64,000 bases of DNA from Rhodosorus marinus CCMP1338. Taxonomy: Eukaryota > Plantae > Rhodophyta. Each line of letters begins with the position of its first letter. The first letter of the stretch is position 1. The stretch spans positions 3,224,001-3,288,000 of the forward strand of contig JAMWBK010000001.1 in assembly GCA_029953675.1 (NCBI GenBank), written 5' to 3'. Under the pieces are notes generated by a model that saw only the letters and a list, made by a program, of their open reading frames with translations, was not told the origin of the DNA and did no database searches. A program made the position numbers and the translations under genes. Positions 1 to 12,930 of the stretch are shown one piece after another.

Positions 1-3000
1 CTTGTACCAACTATACCCAATGCCAACGATACGAGCCTGTCAAGAACGCGTCCAACTCGGAGAACATCGCTGGAGACCTCTCGAATGCATGCAGCCGCTA
101 CCAGGAGGGACACACCATCACTCACATCCGAGCCCATGTGATCATCCCTCGTAAGCAAGGCGTGAATAGCTTCCAGAACTTGCAAGAGAACAGTAGACGG
201 CACTGCGCGAGTGAGACCAAGAACAAACCCATCCGCTACTGCCGGCAGAATGCCGCCGAGCTCCTCGCTCTTCTCGACAATCACTTCCAATGCTTGAGGA
301 AAAATAATATCACCAAACTCTTTGGTTCTCCAGGCCTGTATGCTTGCCGCGACTGCCCAGGTCACGCCTTCAACGTTCTTGTACAGTTTCGCCCGCACAA
401 GCTTGAGACCATGAAGGAGAGCGATTCACAGCAATTAGCAAAATGACCTTCAAGGATTTTCATCGTATAGATGAAGGTCTCAGTCTGCTTACCAGATCGA
501 TTGTACCCACGAACGAATCAAAATTAACTGCCGGTGCGTTTCCAAGTTCGACATTATTGTGTTCTACTGCGTGCACAGTACTGTCCGCTCTGCTCTGCTC
601 TGACCTCCGAAACAGTTTTGATTGGGTTCGGACAGATCCTTCACCTCGTAAGCTTCTCCGAGACATCGATCCACGCAGCTCCTTCTTTCCAATCCCTTTC
701 CCGGACAGTATCTTCCTTTGGCGCTGGCTATTCCTGTTTCGGCGGAACAGGCTCCCTGCCGAGGCTGCTGAAGCATCCGAAGTACGGGAGTCCCGAGTGG
801 ACTCCGTTCTCGCTGAGCCACGAGCGGAATCCGGGACAGAGTCCCTGGATACATCTCCGGTTTCATCCGAGATAAACGACTCCGCCATCAAGGACGAATC
901 TCCAATGGGTACCGAGCGCTCCGAGTCCCTCATCGCGTCATGATCCTGGCAACCAACAAACCTGGATGAGACCTCGGACGCAGAACCTCCAATGCTACAA
1001 GATGGCAACAAACTTCAAGAAGCATCAATCAACTACAACGGCTGAATCTCAACAATCGCTTACCACAGAGGCATCTAGCGTAGTATCTTTCTGGTCGTTC
1101 TCTCCGATTTCCGCCTCCTCATCGGCCGGTGGTCCTCCGTTTTCCCCAACTCCAGGAGGCATGTCATCTGTTTCGTTAATCTCTTTCATTTCGTCGTCCA
1201 GGTTAATCACGATCTAGACGAGGCGGAGACCATATACACATCGCTCTGATGAGATGCCGGTGTCAGTCAGGCAGAAACACACAAGCAGTCACCTACCGTC
1301 TCATAGTTGTATATCCCGTCGTCCTCATCCTCAAAAATAGTCCTGTTTTGATTTGCGTTCTTCATCTTGTCCACAGCAGAGGCGCGTGAGAGGTAATGCT
1401 CCCATACCGTCTGCGCCTTGGCCTGTCCAATACGAGCCACTGCAAGTCCATAGAGCTTCTGCTCATTTGGCTCAGAACTGTCAGCAAGGTACTCAACGCA
1501 TGCCGTTCGAAATGAGGCTGCGTAGGGGCTCGGTCTGTTCAATGGCACAATTCACGAAGTTCAGCAAAAGTCAAAGCCATCACCTGCAAGGCGAGGGTTG
1601 CTCCGTACTTGATCAACGGGGCGAAGACAGCAGCTAGGAACGCGACTCCGCTTGAGCAGTCCTCAGTCTTGTTGACGATCACCTCGATCGCCTTTTCGAT
1701 GGTCTCCTCGTCTGCAATACCAGCCAAGTGAGATCGTACCAATTCTGCAGCGCAGAAGCAGCTCTCGTTCTTCAGCGTTTCCCAATTGGATTTTCTCAAT
1801 AGTAGTCGGACAGATTTGCCAATCTTTTCATCCTTAACACGGCACCTGAGGGGACACGGCGCAAACCCTTTGTGTTCAGTCGTTCAACCGAGATGACCTA
1901 GTCAAACGTGGCAGATGAATGCCGCCGACTGTCGAGCTTTGAAGCAAATGGTGGATCAGCAGCGTACCTCAAAAGTAAGGCTGTAAACATTGCCATCGAG
2001 ATCGTCAGGCTGTCCGCATGCTCCATGTCCAACTTGAGTTCCTTGTCAGTCATTGCAATGTACTCCTGGAGCTTTCCAATAACGTAATTGACTCCATCGG
2101 TGCCAGCAAAGATGGAGCAAGACTGAACCAGCGTCAAGACCTAGATTGAAATCCCAAGATGATCAGAGGCATTTCAAAAAAAAGGAAAAAAGCAGCAACG
2201 TGCTTGTCATACCTCTTTCCGAATGGGGCCACCTCTGCTACCGTACAGAAAGCCTACCTTCATGGCCAGTTTCGATAGTTCCCTGACATCTTCCATGATA
2301 TCGGCATCAACTTTGTATAAGTTGGTGAAGAAAGCCTCAACCGCATAAGTCAGAATGCGATAAATAGTAAGTCTGTTAGAATAGCCAGCGTCGATGTATT
2401 GCTTCAGAGTGGCAACGACAATTTCCACTGTTGGACTCTGCGTTTTCAAGTTGAGAGATTCTGTCTTGAAGTGTTCAGCTCCCACACCGCTTTTCGCCTG
2501 CCGCACTCGTTCATCGCCTTCAATCTCAGCCTCGAGCTTGGCCCAGGCCTGTTTCCTCCAGGTACTCTGGTCCTTCCCGATTTTTGGCTTCAGTTCCTTG
2601 GGAATCGCCTGTTCCTTCAGGGTCGCCCTCGCCACGTAGCCCATGGTCTTCATCGTGAAGTCATCGTTGCCCTCTTCTAGCTGTTGGCTTTCTTCTTCTT
2701 CTTCGTCGATGTTGATGACCATATCTGGAGCGGTAAGATCAACTGCCCCTGAGGCGTTGAAGTCAACTGCAGTCGTTTTCAAAAGCACACAGTTGGTCTT
2801 CAGTACCACTCCCAAAACGAAGAACTCCTAGCAAAGATATGCGAGCTAATTACCATTTTCAGCATCCGCCTCAGCGGCTGCTGAAGGCTTGGCGTCTTCA
2901 TGAACACCGTCTCCTATTTCTGGCTCGGGAACGTCGTCGCTGCATGAGTTGGCAAAAGAAGCAGAGAAACACCTGGTCAGATCCGTGGAAGAGAAAATAA

Positions 3001-3094
3001 GCATCGGAAGTCCTCCCTTGCAAGCAAGCATGTCTCACATTTCACCGACGTCCATCTCGCCGTCTTTCTTTTTCCGATTGTAAATTCCCTTCAT
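1..3094 (-). CDS. Multi-exon hypothetical protein, probably largely alpha-helical, with SIM-like motifs; 3' end runs off the window
   Basis: ATG at 3094 (MKGIYNRKKKDGEMDVGE) is followed by a GTGAGA donor. Track ORFs 2846-3031, 2207-2815, 1898-2137, 1539-1799, 1267-1548 and 460-1011 are same-strand segments separated by GT..AG gaps. A further open minus frame (NVEGVTWAVAASIQAW...LDRLVSLALGIVGT) continues to position 1. A C/A-rich leader at 3100-3450 resembles those of other minus-strand genes. No family recognised. Confidence 0.7.
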
Positions 3095-4611
3095 AGCGGC
3101 CGATGCTTCTACGCAGAAGCGATCGAGTCACAACCAAATCCTCCCCTCAAAACTGGAACCCTTACTCTTCCAGAGCTGCTAAAGCACCCCGGAAAATACA
3201 AAACCCTGGACCCATCTGCACATGTACACAAAACCAGAATCCCTCAAGCCCACACTTTACAGGTACGCTCTACCTTTTAACTAGACAAAACAAGAGCCCT
3301 CAACCAGTAGCACAGTCCCCAGGCAGCACAAGATCAAGGCGAAGATGTCGTCATTGAAGCTAAAAATGCCAACCCACACTCGCACAAACAAAAACCCCAA
3401 GATCATCAGAATCGACACCATTCCAAACACCTTTCTCGCACCGCCTACTCAAAACATGTTTTTAATTGAATTTTATTAACACACTGTATCAGCGCAGAAA
3501 TCCGCCATAAGTTGGTGTCCACATCCAATATTGAATAAAAATAGAATATTTATCTATACGACCAAAAACTATTTATGTTCAAGCTAAATTCAAACTCATT
3601 ATAGAATCTGATTGGAGGGAGCTTGCCTTGGACCTGATTATTTAGTATTTCAACGGGTCTGATGGTAGTATGATATAGGGGGTGTTTCCATATTGGTGAG
3701 ATTCTCAATAACATTGATTATTTTTCGATATATGAAATGGTTGCGATTAGGCAGGTGAAGCTTGGTGATAAACCAAGGGGGTAGGAGATGAGGAATGCTG
3801 GCGGGCTTGTCAGCCTGATATACACGTGATGTGGCTTTATATTGTATATTCCAATCCAAATTAAACGTTTTAACCGTATGATGTTCCTGACACTTGAGTG
3901 AAAACCGGGTTTAACCAAGGAGACCCGATCCGCGGGAGAGCAGAGGAAGCTTGGGGATTCCATGACCTGAAGTCTGAGTTTCAATTAGCCTCGACTCCAA
4001 TGAGAAACGCAGCAATTTTGTCACTCAACGCCATTTTGAAAGTGTGGTATTGACTGAGGCGAGTGATAGAGTCTACTATGATCTATAGTCCCTAGTCGCA
4101 AAAGACTTGTTCACTGGCTGTGAGAGCGTCTTGCTCCACTTCGTGTACATGATGTATATGCTACATGTCTTGCGGCTCGATGAAGCGCCTGAAGACAAAA
4201 CAAGGACCTATACCAACAAAGTCGCCTAAAAGATGCTCTACTGCGTGAAGGAATAAATCGTGTGCAAGCTTGCCGTCCGACTGCAAAACACCTAGCGCTG
4301 ACGGGAGGACCCGTGTCTCGGTAAAATCCCAGAGAACGCACACCAAGCGATGTCGGGTCCATTCATTGATGGTTCCACAATATCAGACACCCCTGTCTAT
4401 TTGTGTCACGACTAAACATTGCCTTGGGAACCGCTCTACGCGACCCCATGTAGGTCGTCATTGCTTCCATTCCATTTAGATTCTACCAGTTGATCAACTA
4501 CGCTATGGACAAACAATTCTGTGCACAGTGAATTTTCGTTGAGTTTCGGGGCTGTGACCGTTCAGAGATTGCAAGCCCGCTTAGGGCCCACAAATGATCG
4601 TTTTCATTCTG

Positions 4612-4707
4612 TCCATCAGCGTGTTGTGAACTCTTGTTCACAACACGCTGATGGATAAATCATCTGAAGACTTCTGGCCTGTTCAGCACGAGCCAGAAGT
4701 CTTCAGA
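4612..4707. repeat. Two adjacent perfect inverted repeats (20-bp stem/4-nt loop and 16-bp stem/13-nt loop)
   Basis: 4612-4631 TCCATCAGCGTGTTGTGAAC is the exact reverse complement of 4636-4655. 4663-4678 TCTGAAGACTTCTGGC is the exact reverse complement of 4692-4707. The two hairpins are 7 nt apart. Confidence 0.95.
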
Positions 4708-6821
4708 CGCTGCGGTTTGGTGGAGCCTACGCTCTCCTCGGCCAGCAAATTCAGACTATGTTGCTAGGGTGCAGGCTACGGTTCAGCTTTCTATCCTGCA
4801 CATACCTTGCACAGGGAGTTAGAAGTTCTCTAGACATTGCGTTCATACACAAGCACACGTCGAATACAGGTTATGACCGTGTTCATACTCAAAACCCCCA
4901 AAAGAACCTCTCTGCAGCTCCACCGGAACAAGGCCTGTCGGACCAGAAACCCCTTAAGAAAGTTAACTGCTTCCGACGATGAATAAGATGTAGCATTTCT
5001 CTAGCAGAGTGGCAGCATGTGCAAGCCGCCGTATACCCAGGCTAGGATTATCTGGCAGTAATCGTTCATCGTATTTTGTGAGCCTCCCCAACCGGTGGGG
5101 TTGCCTGGGTGCGGGTCTGAACCCCTTTCGATCCACCCTATTGAAATGATTGAGCTCCTATTTCCAGTCCAAAAATCAATTCTAGAGCCAATCAATGCTC
5201 GTTACAGCAATTAATGATTGAATATCTGTATTTTAAAAGTAATTAGATTTCCTTTTTAGGTAGCAATGATTCATAATACCACACTAGTTGATTAGAATGC
5301 CGTTGGCGTTGTTCGAAACTCATAGCCCTTCCTAGATTTGAGATTTTCTGCATGAAGAACGATCAATAGAGAATATTTATGATCCGAGGTCTGAACCGAA
5401 ATAGGATGTTCTTGAATAGCCTTGCTTTTTCATTCAAAAATTCTATTTCTCGTTCGAGGCCGCCCGCATTCCCAGAGATCGTGAGGTCAAGAACTCCGGG
5501 GGGGAGGGGGGGTGTAGATGCTCAGAATTTCATAGACGCTTCCTAAAAGCGCTGAAAACGAGGATATTTGGAAAATAGAAATACCCCCTTTGGAAATCGA
5601 AAAGGAATTTGGTTCCCGCCTTTAGTCACTTTTTCCGAAAACCGGCTCCGCCTGTTTTTTGTACTAATTTTCAGCTTGACAATCACAAACGATGGGTTTC
5701 ATCGAGAGCTGAAGTGGACTGGGGGAATGTCCAAACTCCCGTATCTAAGGATATTGTATACTCGAATAAAATCCAGCCTTCGCGTTTCTTCATATCCCCT
5801 CCACGGGGGTTAGGAATGCTCAAAAAAACAGGGCCGTCTTTTATGCAGAATTTTGAGACTCCTCGTGAGCCAGACAAAAAAGAATTGTCCAAGGTCAATG
5901 ATTTCGAACCGGGGTAAACCCAAAAAAATCATGTTGGATTTTTATGTTTATTAATAGAAAATTACTTAGCTAAGTGTGCAAAACGGAGCATATAGTCTTG
6001 AGGGGGTAAAATGATCTTCTTTAAAATTGCGACAGGTAACGCCAAACCGCGATTTACACGGAAAGTATTGATTTTTCAATAGTTGCGTTTTTGGACCTTC
6101 TGTTGAACTTTTCCATTAGTAGCCGCGGTTCCATAAAGAGTGTGGAAGGGGTGTCCGGTGTGAGAAATGTACCCCCTCAAATTGGAACTCGAACTTAAAA
6201 ACATGAAAGATAAGGGGGGTCGTTATTTTGATCTATTGGATTTAGTTTCTGTTTAATAGTTCTTTTTTATCCTACAAGTAGGAAAATGTGAAAAGACACA
6301 GGGGGGTTGGAAGAGGTCTTTCTGTTGGAGTTGGGTGGGAAGTACTACAGAAGATTATATCGTGGTTTTCTGGTTTGGGGGGGGTGAGGGTTGTGAAGTG
6401 GGAAAGCAGTGTGGGGGAGTGTCAGTTAAGATGAATAAGTACGAGAGGACTAGAAGATGTCGGATTGATGGGGGCGGGGGTGGAGTGTGAAGGTTGCTTC
6501 TGATCGAGGGCAAACTTTTTTTTGACTGGGGTGAAGGCAGCGCGCGAGATTGTTGAGCTTGGGTGGGAGACCAGGAAAGGCTTTTTGGTTGTGGCGTGTT
6601 TGTTTGTGTCTTCTTTTTTTTGGGTGGAGAATCTGATGATGGTGCTTGGTGTAGGCAACAAAGCGAGAGGGAGATGGGGATTTGAATTGGGGAAGCTTTT
6701 CTTGTCGCGAAGCGTTTTTTGAGTGGTTTGGGAGGTTAGTAAGTGGACGATTCTGAAAGGAACGCGCTCGGCGTTACTTGGAGTTGGGGGGAAAGGTTGA
6801 GATCGGGGATATCCCTGAGCA

Positions 6822-8475
6822 ATGGAAGAGGCTGTACGGAGAATCGTCGGCCCCAGAAATCGCGAGGATGTCAAAGAAATGAATTTAGACAATCGGTGCA
6901 GAGCCGAAAGGTTCGAGGGCTTGAACGGCCTCGCGAATTTGGAAGTGCTCTCCGCGATCGGTATTGGTCTTGTTTCGTTCGAGGGAGTGCCAACATTGTC
7001 GAAGCTTAGGGAACTCGAGATAAGCGATAATCGATTAACTGGCGGATTAGATGCGCTGCAGCGAGTACCAAACGTTGAAGTTCTTAAGCTCGGAGGGAAC
7101 CAGATCACAACTATCGAAGCCCTCGAGCCGCTCTCGGCTCTGAAGAAGCTGCGCAACCTCGATCTAATAGAGAACCCGGTGACCACCGTTCCAAATTATC
7201 GAGAGCGACTTTTCAAATTGATCGAATCCCTCAACGTGCTCGACGGGGTTGACGAAAACGGCAACGATGAGGACGAGGACGAGGACGAAGATGAGGACGA
7301 GGGCGAGGAGTTCGATGAGGGGGTCTTGAACAAGCCTTATGGCCGAATCGGAAATGCTGAAGACGCAGATGAAGGTGACGATGATGCCGACGGCGGCGAT
7401 GAGGAGCTCGATGAGGAAGTGGATGACGAGGAAGAAGTAGACGACGATGAAAACGACGATGACGTGGAGGGGGATGTCGAGGAGGAGGTTGGAGAAGTGG
7501 ATGAAGGAGACGAAGACGATGAAGATGAGGAAGGGGATGACGAGGACGGCGAAGAGGACGAGGTTGAGGAAGAAGAGGAGGGACCCACCGACGACGCTGA
7601 GGCAGAAATACAAATCGAAGACGACGATGGGGAAGATGAGGAAGAATTTGAAGGGAAGCAGACGGACGATTTGGATGCCGACGATGATGAAGATGACGAC
7701 GATGATGTTGTTGACCAGCAAGGACTTGACTCTGGTGTTGGTGAGGGGGTCGTCGAGGGAGAAGATTTTGAAGACGATGACGAAGATGGAGATGAAGAGC
7801 TATCTATAGAAGTTGAAGAAACCAATGACATTACTGGAAACGATTTTGGAAACGAGGACGAAGATGATTTCGGAGGGCACATTCCACCCGGCGAAACTGA
7901 GGACTTCGAGGAAGACGACGACGAAGAAGGAGAAGACGATGCTGAGAACTTTGGGGATGGGGGCGAAGAAGAGGAAGATGAAGAGGAAGATGAAGAGGAT
8001 GGTCCCGGGTTGGCATACTTGCAAGGTCCCATCGAAGATGATGTGAGTACCGAAAAGAAAAAGTTTACGCTGGATTTTCCCTGATCGCCTGGGTTGGATG
8101 TTGATCCAAGAGCGTTTTGCTGAATCCCTATGTGTTAGAAATTGAGTGCCACTGGAGCGCCACCTTCGGTTCTTTTGCTCACGCCACCCTCCTTCTTTTC
8201 TCGTTTTTCTGCAGATGTCTGATGACGCAGAAGACTTTCAACCAGTGTATGAGGAAGTGGACGAAGAGATTGAAGACGATGGAGACGAACCACCGGCGGA
8301 AAAACCTCCAATGAAAAGGAAGCGTGAAGAGGACGACGATGATGAGGAGGACGACGATGACGTCGTTGAAGTCGACGGCGACAATCCAATGCCCGAATCG
8401 AAGGCGTCGAAAACTACTAACGATGCGGGAAACGAGGTAGCTCAACAAGAAGGTGAGAGCCAGAAGGACGTGTAG
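6822..8475 (+). CDS. ANP32: Acidic leucine-rich nuclear phosphoprotein 32 family (ANP32), 2 exons
   Basis: N-terminal LRRs (LRELEISDNRLTGGLDAL, LDLIENPV, LNVLDG) are followed by a long D/E tract. A phase-0 intron at 8043-8214 (GTGAGT..TGCAG) joins the 8215-8475 exon, which carries the KRKR NLS. The 8146-8475 ORF is therefore the last exon, not a separate gene. Confidence 0.92.
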
Positions 8476-9170
8476 GCACCAACGACTTTACCAGACCTTG
8501 GTAATTGACAACCTCGACCACGGCATAGTGACTCTCGCAACTTACAAGCGGCAACGAGGATATATGGGGAGACGTGAACGGTTCATGTGATGCCCACGAG
8601 GACAGAGGGAGACCCTCTCACCCTCTCCCGCAGCACGATGCGCATGATATGGGAATGGTGATTTCCGTACGAAGCAGTCCATTGTGAACCGTGGGAGATG
8701 TTCGCTTAGCTCGCTGACGGCACAGACCTTTGAGTTCGTTGTACAGAATTTTTCTAGAACGTGCCCTGAAGACCGAGCTCAATAGGGACGCATGCTCATG
8801 ACCGGTTTCCACTGTTCTCACTTTTCCAGTGTATGCTTCTACCTGGAAGTCGTGAGAACCGTTCTCACGCGTGCTGAGTCTCCATTGTACGGAGATAGAA
8901 GCGTGTGATTTTATGACCTGTTCGCTTTGCGCGTGCCTCGGCAATGCACACGACAGCTTTTTTTGGTTCAGGTGTTTGGACATATCATCAATAGAGGAAT
9001 GCTATTCGCAATTCTGTTTTGGTTGTTGTTTGGTGTAATATAGCGAGAGAAAGACATCTGCTGCTCCGGAGTATGGAGTTCTCGACTGCAAGAAGTCAAT
9101 GGTTAACCACTAAAATGAATTTCAAAAAGAAGTCACGGCACTTTTGGGCAGGTGCATGAAGTGCGAAGCG

Positions 9171-10211
9171 TCACTGGTTCTTGAGGAACTCTTCAACCTG
9201 GGTTCGAGTGGGTTGGGCATCCATTGCGCCCTTGGCTGTCGTGGTTAAAGCTCCTGTGGCACAGGCAAACTGCAGCATCTTTTCGATTTCTCCCGTCTTC
9301 AGCTGGGAAACGTTGGGTAGATAAGATTGTTGCGCAAGTGCTTCTGAGAGAAATCCAGCGACAAAAGCGTCGCCAGCCCCTGTAGTGTCAACAGCTTTCA
9401 CGGCAAACCCCCCGACGACTCCAGTCTTTATACCGCCCTCAGACCTGAACGCAAAGCTCGCACCTTTTGGACCCGCTGTGACTAGGACGCCCGTCACGTC
9501 ATCGCCGAAGGCCTGAAGGACCTCCTCTGGTTTGCTCAGACCACGTTCTGGTGAAATTCCCAGCAAAAACTTGACCTCATCATCAGATATCTTTACAATA
9601 TCCGCGCAACTGTTGACATAGTGCAAAATTTCCGCTTTGGCGTCTGCCTCACTATTCTCCCAAAAGACAGGACGCCAGTTGACGTCAACAAGCGTGGACA
9701 GACCCTGAGATTTGGCGCCTTCGAGTGATGATCTCACGGCTTTGTTTGAGGTTTCAAACGCAAGTGCCAACGTTCCCGTCACTACAACGGTGGAAACCTC
9801 AGAGAGGTCCACAGAAGGCCTGATGTACACGTCTGCAAACTCCGTATTGACCCCGCCATCAAACCCCTCAAATACGCGGTCGCCATCGGGCTTGAGCCCT
9901 ACCAGCACCCTCCTCGTTGGGTGTCCCTCAAGTTTCTGAATGAGCGTTGTTTCAACACCAGCTTGGTCCAGCGATTCGATCAACTTGTGCCCATCCTCAT
10001 CGTCACCTACGGCCCCGAAAAGACATGAACTATTCCCAAGCTTGACTAATGCTGAACAAACGTTGGCGGGAGCTCCCCCGGGCAAACAGCCGCCCCCTAT
10101 GACGCAGTCGAACAAGAGCTCCCCAACAGCAACCACTTCAGCATCAGAGCAGACCAATCTCCTGCTCCCGGACTTTAGCGATACCGGAGATACATTCAAG
10201 AAATTCAGCAT
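9171..10211 (-). CDS. pfkB-family carbohydrate kinase (fructokinase-like), probable plastid transit peptide, intronless
   Basis: GELLFD, PGGAPANV, DVNWRPVFW and VDTTGAGDAF pfkB motifs. N-terminus MLNFLNVSPVSLKSGSRRLVCS is transit-peptide-like. Confidence 0.92.
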   Translation of the reverse strand: MLNFLNVSPVSLKSGSRRLVCSDAEVVAVGELLFDCVIGGGCLPGGAPANVCSALVKLGNSSCLFGAVGDDEDGHKLIESLDQAGVETTLIQKLEGHPTRRVLVGLKPDGDRVFEGFDGGVNTEFADVYIRPSVDLSEVSTVVVTGTLALAFETSNKAVRSSLEGAKSQGLSTLVDVNWRPVFWENSEADAKAEILHYVNSCADIVKISDDEVKFLLGISPERGLSKPEEVLQAFGDDVTGVLVTAGPKGASFAFRSEGGIKTGVVGGFAVKAVDTTGAGDAFVAGFLSEALAQQSYLPNVSQLKTGEIEKMLQFACATGALTTTAKGAMDAQPTRTQVEEFLKNQ

Positions 10212-11361
10212 CTTGGTGAACTATGAAGAGTATAGATGCCCACAGACTATCATCATATGGGTGGAACGCTCACCATCCCAATCCGCATCAGCACCGCAAA
10301 CACCACCCCACTATCCATTTTGGACTGTTTCCCGATACCGCAGCCGATCTAATCCTCCAGATACAGATACATTAAGAAATTCAAATATTTCAATAGATCC
10401 TTGTATGATCTAAAATAACAGAAAAACAAATATCGTCGGAAAGAGTTGAGGCGTCCATTTTGATGAGTGAATCGATCAAATTAGGGCCTTTTGGGGGATG
10501 CAGTATCCGTAGGGTCTTTGGCAATGCAGAGCTGCCTATTTTCTTAGCCGGAGAGAGGAATGGATAGATAATGGCTGATCCTAAGATTAATTCATGCGCA
10601 ATTCGCCATTCGACTGAAAGTTTGTTGTTTAGTGGTAGTGTCGGTCCTACTTTTCCGACGCCGCACAAGACGTCAGTTGTACTCGTCGGTTAACTGTTGC
10701 TCCACAACACTCCTTGGTGGGCTTGACGCTTGAGTCCGTCGTCTCAGTCCCAACTGTTACTTCGTCGCTATTTGTGAATGACCTTAGTGAACTAGCACAT
10801 ATCATGGCGCCGAAAAACTATCCCAAGCTCTGGGGAAATATCGCACCTCCTCCGCGGAAGGTGCAGGCAGGCGCCTGCAAATGACCCTTTACGTGGAAGG
10901 TTCGGAATCCCTAAAACGCAAGACTTCCTTCGGAGCCGCTTCGAAAACCATACGTGGGAATGGTTTTATGTCGCTCCTCTGGGCCTCCTTTCCGGGTCGC
11001 TTATGGGGTACGAGGAGAGCACCGATTTTTGCACAGCTTCTGCAAAGTATCAACTGAAACACTGGGGCCCAGAACCAACTTGGAGCGTTTCTCTGCAGTC
11101 AGAAATCGTCCAAGCTCTTTCTTTCAGATTCCACACGGTGCGGCTGTGGGTAAGTACTCCCTGCTCTGAGGATAATACTTAAAAATTAAATGACCCCTTG
11201 TTTTGTACAGTTGTACAAATTAGGACTTCATTTTTTTTGGATTTAGAATCTACCCATTTGGTCTGAGGAGGAGAAGGTTGGTGGGCGTTCTCTTGGTGAA
11301 GGTGGCATGTATTCTGACTGAATTCTAGGAGACGGAGGTATTTTTAGATGATAGATTTAGA

Positions 11362-12695
11362 ATGGAAACGAGGTCATCGATCTCTTTTATGAAGCGGTTG
11401 GTAGCCCTGGACCAGAAATGTCGTGTGTTTCTGCGTGCGAACGCACGGCAGATCACGATTGCCGAGGAAGGGCTTCGCGGCCTTGCACTGTTAGCGCCTG
11501 GTGGTGACTCTGAGCTCCGAGCTGAGATTGCGAATACTCTTCTGGGTCTTCTGGGTGTTTATCGCGATAGCGCGGGAGAAGGCGAACCGCGCCAGCGAAT
11601 GGTAGGTTTATTGTAAGAACCAGCCTGGCTTGGGTTGTTTAGGCGTTGCTCAGAACTCAGACGGAGCCTCCCTTTGAGTTGCGTAGGCCCCAGTTGTTCT
11701 CCTCTCTATTCTCCGGACGTCTCAAGTGCTCATGGAGTTTGGTGCGGAGAGGTCACTCGGTAGGAGAAAAAAATTCTTGGTTCTATGGTTTACAGAAATC
11801 GCAAAGGCAGCACTTCGCCTGATACTTCTGTCGTGGAAGAACGGATCTGAACCCCTGGAGGACGCGAATGAGCAGCTACAACTTGTGCCTCCTGCTCACA
11901 CGTGTCAGAAGGTTCAAGAACTTGATTCGCAAACTGGAGCTCGGAGCGGCAGAAAGATTGTCACCCTAGCGGCCGTCCAAAAAGAAACCGACTTTACCAA
12001 CCTGTTCGAGAAGGTAAGGATTCCTCGTTTTGCCACAAGTTTGTGCATGGAGTGCACCCCAAAGGTCCTCAGGTCAGTCAAGCATTAACGCTAAGCACTG
12101 GGTTGCAACCACGACCACCAGATTTACGACCAACAAACTTCAAAGTCATTTGGAGGACTTTTGGAGGAACCCTGTGAGGCCTGTAGGATCGCTGAACAGT
12201 CCAACGGCTATGGAACGTCGAGAGGACAGCGAGAAGTTACAATTGAAAATGGGAGACGCGGACTCACGAGAAACGTAATAGCAGAGCTCCTGCACATACT
12301 CAGGCCTGTTATTTATCTCAGTCTGGTGCGGATCTACGGATGGAAATCATGGAAACCATGGTGAGCTCAGTCCACAAAATTTTCAAGCAGAGCAGCCGCC
12401 GAAGGGGCTTTGGCTGAAGACCTCCTCTCCCTGATCGTCAAGGCTGCTGTCTCTAGTGGCTGACCTCTGCTCCATAAAGATGATGTCCAACGTTCGCCGG
12501 GAGAAAGCGAGACGGGTTCAGAATCTTCTATTCTACCTAGTGAGGAGTCCATTCTATGATAATATCAGCGGAGCCCTGATAGGAGCGATCGCCAAGGTCC
12601 TTGGCAGGCTGCCACTTATCGGAGATCCCATAACTTCCGGGGCGGAGGTCGCTGACAAGCTCCAAAAGTACTACTTCTACATATCTGCCTCCTAA
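11362..12695 (+). CDS. PEX16: Peroxisomal membrane protein PEX16 (multi-exon)
   Basis: Segments EIAKAALRLILL, IAELLHILRPVIYLSLVRIYGWKSWKPW and RRVQNLLFYLVRSPFYD...LQKYYFYISAS match the PEX16 pattern; GT-AG introns lie between them. Confidence 0.88.
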
Positions 12696-12930
12696 CAAGG
12701 CTTGATCCTGACAGCTCGGAGATAAGGCTTCGCGGTGCTCTTTTGAGTCAAAAGCACCCAGGCTCTCGGTCATGGACCCGGGCAGTTTTTGTGTGCTCCA
12801 GGAAAAGTTTGTCTGGTATCCTATGTTGTACAAACGACTGAAAAAAGGAGCTCCCTGATGAAACAAGCACGCCTGCAGATACAACACCTAGTTATGTATA
12901 TACAATAAAAAACAGGAAAATACGCAGTGC

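Noticed and set aside
7164-8032. Long poly-Ser and hydrophobic ORFs on the minus strand (7337-8032, 7164-7721)
   Set aside because: Antisense shadows of the GAN/GAR-rich acidic tract of ANP32.
8146-8475. Apparent separate small acidic gene
   Set aside because: Joins ANP32 via an in-phase GT-AG intron (8043-8214) and supplies its KRKR NLS.
8851-8869. Near-perfect palindrome CGTGAGAAC-C-GTTCTCACG
   Set aside because: A 9-bp stem is expected about once by chance in 64 kb.
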